A DNA stretch of 64,000 nucleotides. Source: an uncultured Candidatus Babeliaceae bacterium (GTDB lineage Bacteria > Babelota > Babeliae > Babelales > Babelaceae). Made by a program: the position numbers and the translations under genes. The notes below the pieces were generated by a model. That model was not told the origin of the DNA and made no database searches. It worked only from the letters and a program-made list of their open reading frames with translations. Below, in pieces: positions 45,783-55,382 of the stretch. The stretch spans positions 1,216,001 through 1,280,000 of the forward strand of contig OY969927.1 of the NCBI GenBank assembly GCA_963704655.1, in the 5' to 3' direction. Position 1 is the stretch's first letter, and each line of letters opens with the position of its first letter.

Positions 45783-47708
45783 TTAGAGTTCTAATAAAAA
45801 GCGAGTACGTTTTGGTTCGTCATTAAACCACCAATTTGCTGCACCGGGTAGCAATTTAAATGTCCGTATAAAGCTTTGGCCAGCATCTTGAAGTTCCATT
45901 TGGTAATTTATATAATGTGCATTTTCTTGTGCCAAGAATGTCGGTCTTTCAAGATGGGTAGCAAGAACAGAGATACACTTATCATTTTGTGCAAGCTTGT
46001 TACACAGCTGAATAACAAATTGTTCCGCAACGCGTTCTATAGTGCCTCGACATGGTTCATCGATAATGAAAAAGTAAGCATCTGAGTTTTTAAGATTATC
46101 TATGGTGTTCATAATTGTATCAAGACGTTTCTTTTCTGCCATGAATGTCGACATGCCGTGTTCAAGATCTGCTTGTGGTGATAAATAAGTGCGTAAGCCT
46201 GTAAATACACGCATTGTTGCTTTTTCAGCAGGTGCGATACCCCAACCTTGAGCAAGAATAATTCCCCAGCTTATAGCGGCCATAGAAGTTGATTTACCGC
46301 CACCATTAGGACCGGTGATAATCATATTTCTTGGTTTACCCATACCCAAATGAACCGAGTTGGTAACAGTTTTTTTGCTGGTAAGTCCAGGGTGCCAGAA
46401 ATGTATACATTCAAGTGAAGGTGCGTCCTGAGTAAATTCTGGTAAGCAGAATGGTGCGTGTGTGCCATTGTGTTCATGGTAAAGTTTTACAATTGATAAG
46501 ATCGCATCGCATTCGCCTAATGCTTTCAAAAGAGGCACTAATTCATCTTTTGTTTGCATTAATAATTTGTGTGCTAAAAGAGCCGACCCTGTTAATATAC
46601 TTGTTGCAGAGCTATTTTTTAGTGATGCAAGAAGTTCAAAGAGGCTTTTTAACTCTGGTGAAACATCTTGGTCATGGATATATTTTTCAATAGTTTTAAA
46701 TGATGACAATTCTGCACATGCGGGGTTTTTTTGGCTGAAATCATAAAGTTGAACGCATCCGTCGTACCATTGCGCTATTTCATGAATAGCTGCGCTGAGT
46801 TGAGCTGTTGTTTTATAGGTATTCTTAATTTTTTTAATATGAGTATCAATATCTTTTGCTGCAAAATAATCATACGTAGCTATATATCCAATAACGCCAA
46901 GAGTTGCAATCAAAGGGGCAGAAGAAATTAAACTTTCCTGGGTGATAAGGCTGCTCTCAATAAGCGTTTTCCAATCGCCACCAGAAAGCTTAGGTGAATC
47001 TAAAAAAAACGAGAAATCACTTAACTTATTTTCACTAAAATATGATTGAAATGGGTTGTGAAGACGAATAGGATAGTAAAAACCATCTTTTATTGCATCG
47101 ATGTAATTTCCGGGTATTTTCTTATTAAGAGATATTATAAATTCTTTAATTATACTGCCAAGGCAATTTTTGGCTAAATATCCTGTTACAATTAAGGCAG
47201 AGTTGACATTACCCGCAAGATTTAAAGCTAATTTACTTGAGTTTAAGTAGTTACTTATTTTTGGAAAAATACCAAAGAAATCATAATAGAGCTCTTGTGT
47301 ATTTTGATGAAGTTGGTTTGCAGGTTGCCAATAGGCTAAGAGTGCAGGTTTATTAATTTTTTGTATGATACCCTGATATTCATCAAAAACTATTGAATCA
47401 GAGATAAGAATTTTAAGGGCGTTTTGGCGTACATTAAGGGCATCTAGAGTCGTTAAAGGGTGGGTTAGCATCTTATGTAAACCCCAAAGGCCAAATGGTG
47501 TTTCCGATCGATTTAAGGTGGCTATTATGGCATCATAATTGAGCTCTTTATAGCCTTCTTGATTGATAAATGTCGATACTGTGCTTGGATTGGCAGCGGC
47601 TATGGTTGAGAATGCTTGACTGGAAGCGTGAAGCGCATTGATTGGCTTGCCGGTAAGAAGGCCGGCTAAAATAAGCGAAAACAGGGTAATTTTTTTAAAT
47701 AACGTCAT
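45783..47708 (-). CDS. MutS-related ATPase (domains III/V only) with signal peptide
   Basis: T.FG...L..ML..P, LGECDA..SI, ITGPNGGGKST, STFMAE, IIDEPCRGT, LATH; no mismatch-binding domain. Confidence 0.88.
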   Translation of the reverse strand: MTLFKKITLFSLILAGLLTGKPINALHASSQAFSTIAAANPSTVSTFINQEGYKELNYDAIIATLNRSETPFGLWGLHKMLTHPLTTLDALNVRQNALKILISDSIVFDEYQGIIQKINKPALLAYWQPANQLHQNTQELYYDFFGIFPKISNYLNSSKLALNLAGNVNSALIVTGYLAKNCLGSIIKEFIISLNKKIPGNYIDAIKDGFYYPIRLHNPFQSYFSENKLSDFSFFLDSPKLSGGDWKTLIESSLITQESLISSAPLIATLGVIGYIATYDYFAAKDIDTHIKKIKNTYKTTAQLSAAIHEIAQWYDGCVQLYDFSQKNPACAELSSFKTIEKYIHDQDVSPELKSLFELLASLKNSSATSILTGSALLAHKLLMQTKDELVPLLKALGECDAILSIVKLYHEHNGTHAPFCLPEFTQDAPSLECIHFWHPGLTSKKTVTNSVHLGMGKPRNMIITGPNGGGKSTSMAAISWGIILAQGWGIAPAEKATMRVFTGLRTYLSPQADLEHGMSTFMAEKKRLDTIMNTIDNLKNSDAYFFIIDEPCRGTIERVAEQFVIQLCNKLAQNDKCISVLATHLERPTFLAQENAHYINYQMELQDAGQSFIRTFKLLPGAANWWFNDEPKRTRFLLEL

Positions 47709-47830
47709 TTTTTGTCCCTTTTTAAGGTCTAAATTATTTATTTTACTATCTTTGATTATAGTTAAAATATTCTTTTTGTCAATAAATCGACCTTTTTTTA
47801 AAGGGGATCTTGTGACGTTATTTTTAAAAA

Positions 47831-49042
47831 TTATTCAATAAATGTTATAGCTTGGCCAACTTTACCAGCGCGGCCAGTTCTGCCGATTCTGTGTATGTAA
47901 TCTTCATGCGTCTGCGGTAAATCATAGTTAATAACATGTGAGACATCGTCTATATCTATTCCGCGAGCAACAACATCGGTAGCTAAAAGAATGTTAGTTT
48001 TATTTTCTTTAAATGAAGCTAACGCTTTGGTACGTTGATTTTGTTCTTTATCGCCATGGATCGTAGCTATTTTGAATCCGCGTGATATAAGGTCGCGTGA
48101 TAATCTGTCTGCAATATATTTTGTTCTTAAAAATATAATACTTTTTGTTACTTCTGGTTTAATCAGAAGATCATGTAATAATTCTATTTTAACCTGATGC
48201 CCTATCTTTATGACATCTTGATTTACGTTTTCTGCCGATTGTCTGGTTTTAACAGATATCGAAACAGGGTTTTGTAAAAAGCCGTCCATAACTTTTTTGA
48301 TATTTTTTGGCATGGTTGCTGAGAAAAACAGAGAATGGCGTTTTGGCGGTAACTTACTAATGATATATTTTATATCATTAATAAAGCCCATATCAAGCAT
48401 GGTATCGACTTCGTCTAACACGATAGCATCAAAATTATAGAAATTAATGAGTCGGTTTTGTTCTAAATCAATTAACCTGCCCGGTGTCCCTATAACAAAT
48501 TCTGGATTTTTGCTCAGTTGGCTTATTTGCTTGTGCATAGCCAATCCACCAATACAGACAGCAGATTTTATGCCTGTTTTGTTTTTAAAAAGAAATAGTT
48601 CAGCATCAATTTGTCCTGCGAGTTCTCGCGTAGGCGTAATAATCAATGCACGTGTTGTCTTTTTAGTTACAATATTGTTCACGAGTGGAATTAAAAAAGC
48701 AGCTGTTTTTCCGGTTCCTGTATTGGCTGTAGCGATAATATCGCGCCCTTGTAATAATAAGGGAATAGCCTCATCTTGAATAGGTGTAGGGTTTATATAT
48801 CCTTTAGCTGCAATATTGTCTTTAATTTGTTGTTCTAATAAAAAATCGGGAAACGTATGTTTAGGAACATAGGTTGCTGAAACGACTTGTTCTTCAACTT
48901 TTTTCATGAAAAGTGAAGGGTCAAATTTTTTAATCTCTCTTTTTGGTGAGCGACTTTGTCCAGAGCGCTGTGCGCCTGGCTTATTTGAATAATGTTTGTT
49001 TGAACTGTTGTGTGATCTATTGTTATTGCTATAGTGTGCCAT
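47831..49042 (-). CDS. DEAD-box RNA helicase (DEVD)
   Basis: PTPIQ, ANTGTGKT, PTRELA, TPGR, DEVD, SAT, ARGID, HRIGRTGRAG. Confidence 0.96.
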   Translation of the reverse strand: MAHYSNNNRSHNSSNKHYSNKPGAQRSGQSRSPKREIKKFDPSLFMKKVEEQVVSATYVPKHTFPDFLLEQQIKDNIAAKGYINPTPIQDEAIPLLLQGRDIIATANTGTGKTAAFLIPLVNNIVTKKTTRALIITPTRELAGQIDAELFLFKNKTGIKSAVCIGGLAMHKQISQLSKNPEFVIGTPGRLIDLEQNRLINFYNFDAIVLDEVDTMLDMGFINDIKYIISKLPPKRHSLFFSATMPKNIKKVMDGFLQNPVSISVKTRQSAENVNQDVIKIGHQVKIELLHDLLIKPEVTKSIIFLRTKYIADRLSRDLISRGFKIATIHGDKEQNQRTKALASFKENKTNILLATDVVARGIDIDDVSHVINYDLPQTHEDYIHRIGRTGRAGKVGQAITFIE

Positions 49043-49211
49043 AGGTATGCTACTTTCGTTATATAATTTATTACTTTTTCATAGTATAACTATAAAATTC
49101 TATTTGTAAAGTTTTTCAATGGGGTTACGTATAAGAGACTCTTGTGGATTTTATCTTGCTTGTGTTACCTTAACATCAAAGTTTAATGTGTTAAAAAGGG
49201 GTGAAAAAACT

Positions 49212-49577
49212 ATGAATATGCGTGTATCATTTAGAAACATGGAGTATAATGCTGCCATTGAAGAGTATGCCCTTAAAGAGTTGCCTAAATTAGATAAATT
49301 TTTTCAGCCTCATGATCCAACTGTTTCTATCGAGTTGGTTATGGATGTCGAAGGCGTCGACCATCGCTTATATCGAGCAGAACTTCGTGTGCATGACAAG
49401 CATGGGGATGTCGTTGCGCATGAGTTTGACCGCGATCTTTATGGCGTTATTTTGCAAGTAATTAAAAAGATGTACCAAGAGCTTTCTAAATCAAAAGGCA
49501 GGCGTTTAGACTTGCGCGATAAGCCAAATGATGATTATGCGCCTGTGCGTAAAGATAAAGCTGATTTTGAAAAATAA
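49212..49577 (+). CDS. hpf: Ribosome hibernation promoting factor (HPF/RaiA)
   Basis: M....FRNME...AIEEY...L.KL.KF...DLY..I.....K...L; start MNMRV after AAGGGG. Confidence 0.8.
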   Translation: MNMRVSFRNMEYNAAIEEYALKELPKLDKFFQPHDPTVSIELVMDVEGVDHRLYRAELRVHDKHGDVVAHEFDRDLYGVILQVIKKMYQELSKSKGRRLDLRDKPNDDYAPVRKDKADFEK

Positions 49578-49578
49578 C

Positions 49579-50181
49579 TCACGGGTATCTAAAAAAATCT
49601 TCATGCTTTTTTGCAATTGCTGTGTATATGCTCGTAAATTGATCATCAACAGTACGGGAAACTTCCGCTTCCTTTCTATCTGTGAAGCATTCATATATAT
49701 ATGAAGGAACAATAATAGAGGATAACACCATTGCCGTAAAGCACTCAGGTGATGCACCCAGCAGGCAAGCGCAGATGCCGGCGCAGCAACAATTTGTACA
49801 CGTAGCAACACCGTACACTTTGCATATATGTTTTAAGCGGAGATTTTCGATATTAAATTGCGCTCTCTTTTTTTGTGAAATCCACTTTTGTAAAATCTCA
49901 AATTTTTGAGGTGCAAATTGATAATCTTTCGGTGAATTTATAGTGTTGAGTCTATGGGCCTTGAGTAATAAGCGCATGCCAACGGCATCATGGGGTTCTA
50001 TGATTGAAAAGCGTGTTAAATCGATTTGTGTATCTTGTACTTTTTGTTCAAAATCAGAAAAGTCACGTATAATTTCTTCTTGCAAAAGAATCTTTCGCGC
50101 ATCATGCAAAAGTTGCATTGGTGATTCAGAGCAGTGGATAGCCAAACTAACAAAATGGAGAAAGCCTAATATTTTTTTCAT
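49579..50181 (-). CDS. Exported protein with Cys-rich hydrophobic hairpin (paralog 1)
   Basis: Signal peptide; DAVGMRLLLKAHR; CTNCCCAGICACLL. Confidence 0.7.
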   Translation of the reverse strand: MKKILGFLHFVSLAIHCSESPMQLLHDARKILLQEEIIRDFSDFEQKVQDTQIDLTRFSIIEPHDAVGMRLLLKAHRLNTINSPKDYQFAPQKFEILQKWISQKKRAQFNIENLRLKHICKVYGVATCTNCCCAGICACLLGASPECFTAMVLSSIIVPSYIYECFTDRKEAEVSRTVDDQFTSIYTAIAKKHEDFFRYP

Positions 50182-50248
50182 AAAGGCACCTTTTTTTGAT
50201 TGTTAGTCTCAAGGCTACAAAATGCGTATTAAAAAAAGAAGAATTTTG

Positions 50249-50935
50249 TTAGTAGCTTTCGCCAAATAATTGATGCATAACTTCTTGAGCCTCTTTGTTA
50301 CCCGCTTTTCCAGCACGTTCCATAGTATTTATGTCTTTAAAAAAATCTGGCTCGGCTTCGAGTATCTGTGAAAATGCTTCTTTAAAATCATGATGCAAAA
50401 AACCGATTTTGTTAGAATATCTGCCTTGTGATGTACACAATGGTATACATAAAGTATAAGCGGCTGCCATTGTGGCACTGGTAATACCGTAGGTTACTGT
50501 TGGGCCTAAAGCGCAGAGGCAAACCAATGAGGTGCTAGCTGTTGCAGCAAGGCAGTTTAATGTCGCTTCTTGAAAATATTCACTTTCATTATCAAGCTTT
50601 CTTTTAAATTCTCTTTCTTTCATTTCAATCCAGCTGTTCAAAATCTTATATTTTGGCAAAGTTAGTTGATGTAACATTTCGACTTTGTCGGTGGTGTGTA
50701 TAGTGCGATGGGCTTGTATGAGTAGTTTTAAGCCTAATATGTCATCGCTTTTTAGGTTTTGCGATAAATTGCCTTTAAAAATTATATCTTGAACATGCAT
50801 TTCTAAATTATTTTTAATGGGATAAGAATCTCGCATGGAAATTTTTTGCAAAAGCACCTGTTCTGCGCCCTCTAATAAACTAATTGCGTGAATAGATAAA
50901 CTTGCAAAAGTGAGTACTGCTATTATTTTTTTCAT
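50249..50935 (-). CDS. Exported protein with Cys-containing hydrophobic hairpin (paralog 2)
   Basis: Likely start MKKII at 50935; DILGLKLLIQAHR; bilobed hydrophobic stretch. Confidence 0.7.
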   Translation of the reverse strand: MKKIIAVLTFASLSIHAISLLEGAEQVLLQKISMRDSYPIKNNLEMHVQDIIFKGNLSQNLKSDDILGLKLLIQAHRTIHTTDKVEMLHQLTLPKYKILNSWIEMKEREFKRKLDNESEYFQEATLNCLAATASTSLVCLCALGPTVTYGITSATMAAAYTLCIPLCTSQGRYSNKIGFLHHDFKEAFSQILEAEPDFFKDINTMERAGKAGNKEAQEVMHQLFGESY

Positions 50936-51015
50936 AAGATATACATGCCCTGGTTTTGATTGTGCGGTCAAAGGATAGTATATTTCATGAAGATTTGCAA
51001 AAAAATTACTTTATC

Positions 51016-52281
51016 TTACCCAAGCAGTAAGAAATATATCAACAATAAGTTTACCAACACTATAACCGTTGCGATAAGATATGCAGATATTTTAAGTGCA
51101 AAAGAGTTTGCGAGATTGCCCATAATAGATCGATTATTGGTAAATTGAATAAGCGGAAAGACCGCAAAGGGCAGTTGTAGGCTTAAAATAATTTGGCTGA
51201 AAATCATCATATGCGCAAGGCAGCATTCACCAAACATAATAATGCCAATCAGCGCAGGGATAATAGTAATAAAGCGTCCAATGAGCCTTCGTGCCCATGC
51301 AGGAATTTTTATATTAATAAATCCTTCCATAATAATTTGGCCCGCAAGTGTTCCGGTGAGCGTTGAATTTTGTCCAGAAATTAATAATGCTATGGCAAAG
51401 ACAAAGCTTGCAATCTGTGTATTTAAAAGTGGCGTAAGTAAGTAATAAGCATCCTGAATCTCGGTAACATTATGAAAGCCCTTTTTATAAAAAACTGCTG
51501 CAGAAACAATTAAAATCGCAGCGTTTATGAAAAATGCAAACGTAAGCGCGATAGACGAGTCTAGCCCAGAATAAAAGATGGTTGTTCTTTTTGTAGCATC
51601 ACTTTCTGAAGGGTCCTTTTTTAGCAGTGCAGAGTGTAAGTATAAATTATGGGGCATCACGGTAGCGCCTAATATGCCAATTGCAAGATAGAGCATATTT
51701 GGATCTTGTAAAATCACAGGCGCTGGAACAAAGCCCTTAAAGATATCGAGCCACACAGGGTCTGCTATATAAATAATAATACCAAAGCAGACGGTTATTG
51801 CACCAATAAGCGTAGCTACCAAAATCTCTACGGTCTTCATGTGGTTATGTGCAAGCAGCAGTAATAATAGAACGTCAGCGCCGGTAATACAAACGCCCCA
51901 CATAAGCGGAATGCCAAACAATAGTTGCAAGCCAATAGCAGAACCGATAACTTCAGCAAGGTCAGTTGCTATAACGGCACATTCAGCTAAAATCCATAAA
52001 AATCGAGAAAGCATCGGACTATAATAATCTCTGCAGGCTCGTGCAAGGTCCTTGCCTGTTACGATGCCCAATTTTAAAGCACAAAACTGCAAGAGCATGG
52101 CCATGAAATTGGATATTAAGATAACAGACAATAAGGTGTATCCATAGGCAGAACCGCCAGAAAGATCTGTTGCCCAGTTTCCTGGGTCCATGTAGCCAAC
52201 GGCAATTAAATATCCCGGGCCAGTGTACGCTAAAAATCGCCTAAAATGTAGTATGGTTTTTTTTAAAAGTGATAGTGCCAT
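51016..52281 (-). CDS. mntH: Nramp-family divalent metal transporter MntH
   Basis: GYMDPGNW, GATVMPHNLYLHS, GTLAGQIIMEGF. Confidence 0.97.
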   Translation of the reverse strand: MALSLLKKTILHFRRFLAYTGPGYLIAVGYMDPGNWATDLSGGSAYGYTLLSVILISNFMAMLLQFCALKLGIVTGKDLARACRDYYSPMLSRFLWILAECAVIATDLAEVIGSAIGLQLLFGIPLMWGVCITGADVLLLLLLAHNHMKTVEILVATLIGAITVCFGIIIYIADPVWLDIFKGFVPAPVILQDPNMLYLAIGILGATVMPHNLYLHSALLKKDPSESDATKRTTIFYSGLDSSIALTFAFFINAAILIVSAAVFYKKGFHNVTEIQDAYYLLTPLLNTQIASFVFAIALLISGQNSTLTGTLAGQIIMEGFINIKIPAWARRLIGRFITIIPALIGIIMFGECCLAHMMIFSQIILSLQLPFAVFPLIQFTNNRSIMGNLANSFALKISAYLIATVIVLVNLLLIYFLLLG

Positions 52282-52332
52282 ACTTAAAAGTATAACGTTT
52301 TTTTAAATTTTTATACTTTTTGTACGGGTATT

Positions 52333-54303
52333 TTATTCTTCTTTTTTAGTATGAAAAAAACGATGGTACACATGTGGATTTTTTGAATCTTCATAACCAT
52401 AATGGAAAGCGCCATCAAACACTTTACCCGTTCTTCCCGTTATAAGCGTTCCTGGAATTACATAGGTAAGTCGCATCTCGCCTTGATATTCTTCAGCTTT
52501 TTTAAACCCATACAGTTGGCACACAACATCGACCATTTCAGGAAACGCATGGCGTATTGCGCTGTGATATTCACCTATCGAGAGTTTTTCAGGAGTTTTA
52601 AGCTGGTCAAAATATATCTCTATGCGTTCAGTGCTATATAATAAGGTTTTGACATTGCGTAATCGTCTTTTTTTCTTTTCATTATTGATCTGCAATAGCG
52701 CCACCGTACCATCAGATGCTCTTTCTATGGTAATAGTATTATCACGAGAATTTACTGCAGCAACACGGCTATTATCCCGTGTTGAAAATTTCTCATTAAG
52801 TTTATTTTTAAAATCTGCTTCTTGTGATTTTATCTTTGCAAGAGCAACTTGTTCGGCCGTTGGCCTATGGATTTTTTTCTGGTGTTTTCTAGCTGCTGTT
52901 TGTTGAGTTGGTTCCTGTTCTGTTTCTTCTTGGGATATATGGGGAAATTCAATGGTATCGGCAGCTTTTTGTGCAGCTGGTTCTTGAGCTTCCTCTACAA
53001 TTTTTGCTTGTATATCATCAAGATATTTTTGAAACCGGATATTGCCATCGGCAATGGTAAGCTCATAATACTTTTTTGCGAGCATCAGATTTTGTTCAGT
53101 ACCGACGCCATAGTGGTACATAAGCGCTTTATGAGCAAAGTTTTTGTTGTCCTGTGACTCTAGGATCGATTTGTATAACGCATCTGCTTTTTCGTAGTCG
53201 ACGTTGCCTTCAAAACCGGTTTCATAAAAAAAAGCAAGGTTATAATTTGCACTGATATCAGTTACAGATGCTTGTTTGAAAAGCTCAAAGGCTTTATGGA
53301 GATCGGGCTCGCCCTGAACGCCCTGGTCATCTATTCCGATTTGTGCAAGTTCCCCTAGTGTTGTAAGCGCGAAAGGGTTGCCATGCTGTGCTGCCTTTTT
53401 GAAATAGGAGATCGCTATTGCTACGTCATGCACCCCATCAACATACCCTTCAAGATAGAAAACCCCTACATTAAAGAGCGCATTGGGAAAGTTTTGTTCG
53501 GCGGCTTTTTCGAATAATTCAAATGCTCTATTCAAATCTTGATCGGTACCTTTACCTTTTAAAAATAATAAAGCCGCAACTGTTTGCGCTCTCGGGTCAC
53601 CTTGATTAGCGGCTTTCATGTAATATTTAAGTGCGCGTGGTAAATTTTGTTGTACAAAATTCCCTTTTTGATAACATTCACCAAGTTCAAGTTGCGCCTC
53701 TACATAGTTGTAGGTTGTAGCAAGTGTTTCAAGAATATTAATTCCACGTCTTGTATCTTTAAGCGCAATCTCTATTGCTGTTTTAAAAAGTAATTGGTGG
53801 TTGTTTTCATAGATAGGTTTCAAACTATCGAGTATTTTGGCACTTAGATCTACGGGGATCCCTCTGCATTCGCCCAAACGGTAGAGTAATGAAAAGGCAT
53901 CTTGATTACCCGCTTGTGCTAAATTTAAAAGCTCTTGAAAGTTTTCTTCTATATATTCACTAAAGCATTGATTTTCATTCACGCACATTTTTACCGCTGC
54001 ATTGCGTCCTTCAACAAGAGATTTTCCTGCAATAAGAAACTGTTTAAATGCGGACTTTGGGTTCTTTGCGGGCAAACCTAGACCATCGAGCAATTTTTTA
54101 CCAATTTGCAAGTGTGCTTGGCCGGGAGCTTTGGCAAATTTTTTTTGTATTTCTGGAATAGTAAGATGCTCTAAATCGTGTGTTATTGGTGCCTGCAAGG
54201 CCTCAAGAATAGCTGTGCATACTAATGGTAGAAAAATTATACATAAAAAGGGTAAACTTTTTTTACATGGTATTTTACATGGTATCATGGTATACGCCCC
54301 CAA
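52333..54303 (-). CDS. Exported Sel1-repeat protein with an unknown C-terminal domain
   Basis: About 6-7 Sel1 repeats (AQLELG..Y..G...QN...A..YY.KAA.QG), low-complexity linker, C-terminal RHAF...VD...YHRFF. Confidence 0.88.
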   Translation of the reverse strand: MGAYTMIPCKIPCKKSLPFLCIIFLPLVCTAILEALQAPITHDLEHLTIPEIQKKFAKAPGQAHLQIGKKLLDGLGLPAKNPKSAFKQFLIAGKSLVEGRNAAVKMCVNENQCFSEYIEENFQELLNLAQAGNQDAFSLLYRLGECRGIPVDLSAKILDSLKPIYENNHQLLFKTAIEIALKDTRRGINILETLATTYNYVEAQLELGECYQKGNFVQQNLPRALKYYMKAANQGDPRAQTVAALLFLKGKGTDQDLNRAFELFEKAAEQNFPNALFNVGVFYLEGYVDGVHDVAIAISYFKKAAQHGNPFALTTLGELAQIGIDDQGVQGEPDLHKAFELFKQASVTDISANYNLAFFYETGFEGNVDYEKADALYKSILESQDNKNFAHKALMYHYGVGTEQNLMLAKKYYELTIADGNIRFQKYLDDIQAKIVEEAQEPAAQKAADTIEFPHISQEETEQEPTQQTAARKHQKKIHRPTAEQVALAKIKSQEADFKNKLNEKFSTRDNSRVAAVNSRDNTITIERASDGTVALLQINNEKKKRRLRNVKTLLYSTERIEIYFDQLKTPEKLSIGEYHSAIRHAFPEMVDVVCQLYGFKKAEEYQGEMRLTYVIPGTLITGRTGKVFDGAFHYGYEDSKNPHVYHRFFHTKKEE

Positions 54304-54396
54304 AACTTTTGATACATTTGTTTACTAGGTAATGTAACAGATTTTGGGATAAAAAATATATAAAAAGTTTAGTTTTTTTGTTATAAAGGCTTTTCT

Positions 54397-54828
54397 GTGG
54401 AAGATGATCTGCGTGTTAAAGAGAATATAATAATTCCAGGCAATGAGCTTGAGGTTGCTGCAAGTAGGTCTGGCGGTCCTGGTGGCCAGCATGTGAATAA
54501 ATCGAGCACGCGTATAAGTTTGCGTTGGAACGTGCAAAACAGCAGTGCATTAACCGAAGAACAGAAAGTTCGTGTTCTAGAAAAACTTCACAATAAATTA
54601 ACTACAGAGGGCGATTTAATTATCCACAGCAGTGAATCACGAAGTCAGCAACATAATAAGCAGCAGGCCCGTGATCGACTTGTAGATGAAATTCGACGCG
54701 CATTATATGTGCCCAAAAAAAGAATGGCAACACGTGCAACAAAATCTGCTGTTGAAAAACGGTTACACAAAAAATCGATTCGTGGCACCATCAAAAAAAT
54801 GCGCAGCAAAAGGATAGTCGAAGATTAA
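54397..54828 (+). CDS. arfB: Alternative ribosome rescue peptidyl-tRNA hydrolase ArfB (YaeJ)
   Basis: SRSGGPGGQHVNK, RSQ..N, basic C-terminal tail. Confidence 0.95.
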   Translation: MEDDLRVKENIIIPGNELEVAASRSGGPGGQHVNKSSTRISLRWNVQNSSALTEEQKVRVLEKLHNKLTTEGDLIIHSSESRSQQHNKQQARDRLVDEIRRALYVPKKRMATRATKSAVEKRLHKKSIRGTIKKMRSKRIVED

Positions 54829-55382
54829 TAGCTGAAGCCTAAACCTGCTCTTAGGCCATATCCGCCGAAATTATATCGTTCTTTGTTGATAGTTGTTTTG
54901 GGAAATAGATAGCGAAAGGCCCCGGTTATATAAAAATGTTTACACGGTAAGTAATTTATACCAACTTCAGCTTCGCCAATCCCAACAGTATCTTTTGCTT
55001 TTCCAAGGTAACTTTTTTCAGTAACAAAAATTGCTCCACCCCCAAGCGATGCATAGGCTTGTAGATGGTTTCCGGTTTTAGCTCTTACATAAAAGATAAG
55101 CGGGACCTCTTGCAGATGTGTTTTTTTCTTTAAATACGTTGTTTTGCCCGTTGCGTGCCAATAACTTGTTTTTATCCCAAAGCCCCAATGGTGCCATGGG
55201 TAATAGCACGCATCGGCGGTTATAATATCGGGAATTCCACTGCCATAAACTTTTTTGAAATAGGGGTCATTTTTCCAAATGTATCCTGATGAAAGTGCAA
55301 AATCAAAATTATTATGGGAGCATGATTCTTCACCCCAAGCTGATGATATAAAAAAAGTTAATAAAAAAAGATATTTTTTCAT
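54825..55382 (-). CDS. Small outer-membrane beta-barrel, copy 2
   Basis: Paralog of 16433..17014 (IIT.DACYY, LQEVPL.FY.R, SLGGGAIF..EKSY, AFRYLFP, LRAG.GF.Y). Confidence 0.85.
   Translation of the reverse strand: MKKYLFLLTFFISSAWGEESCSHNNFDFALSSGYIWKNDPYFKKVYGSGIPDIITADACYYPWHHWGFGIKTSYWHATGKTTYLKKKTHLQEVPLIFYVRAKTGNHLQAYASLGGGAIFVTEKSYLGKAKDTVGIGEAEVGINYLPCKHFYITGAFRYLFPKTTINKERYNFGGYGLRAGLGFSY

Noticed and set aside
47831-49042. Horizontal origin of the DEAD-box helicase
   Set aside because: Only an impression from its N-terminus and composition; it needs a phylogeny, and no mobility signatures flank it.
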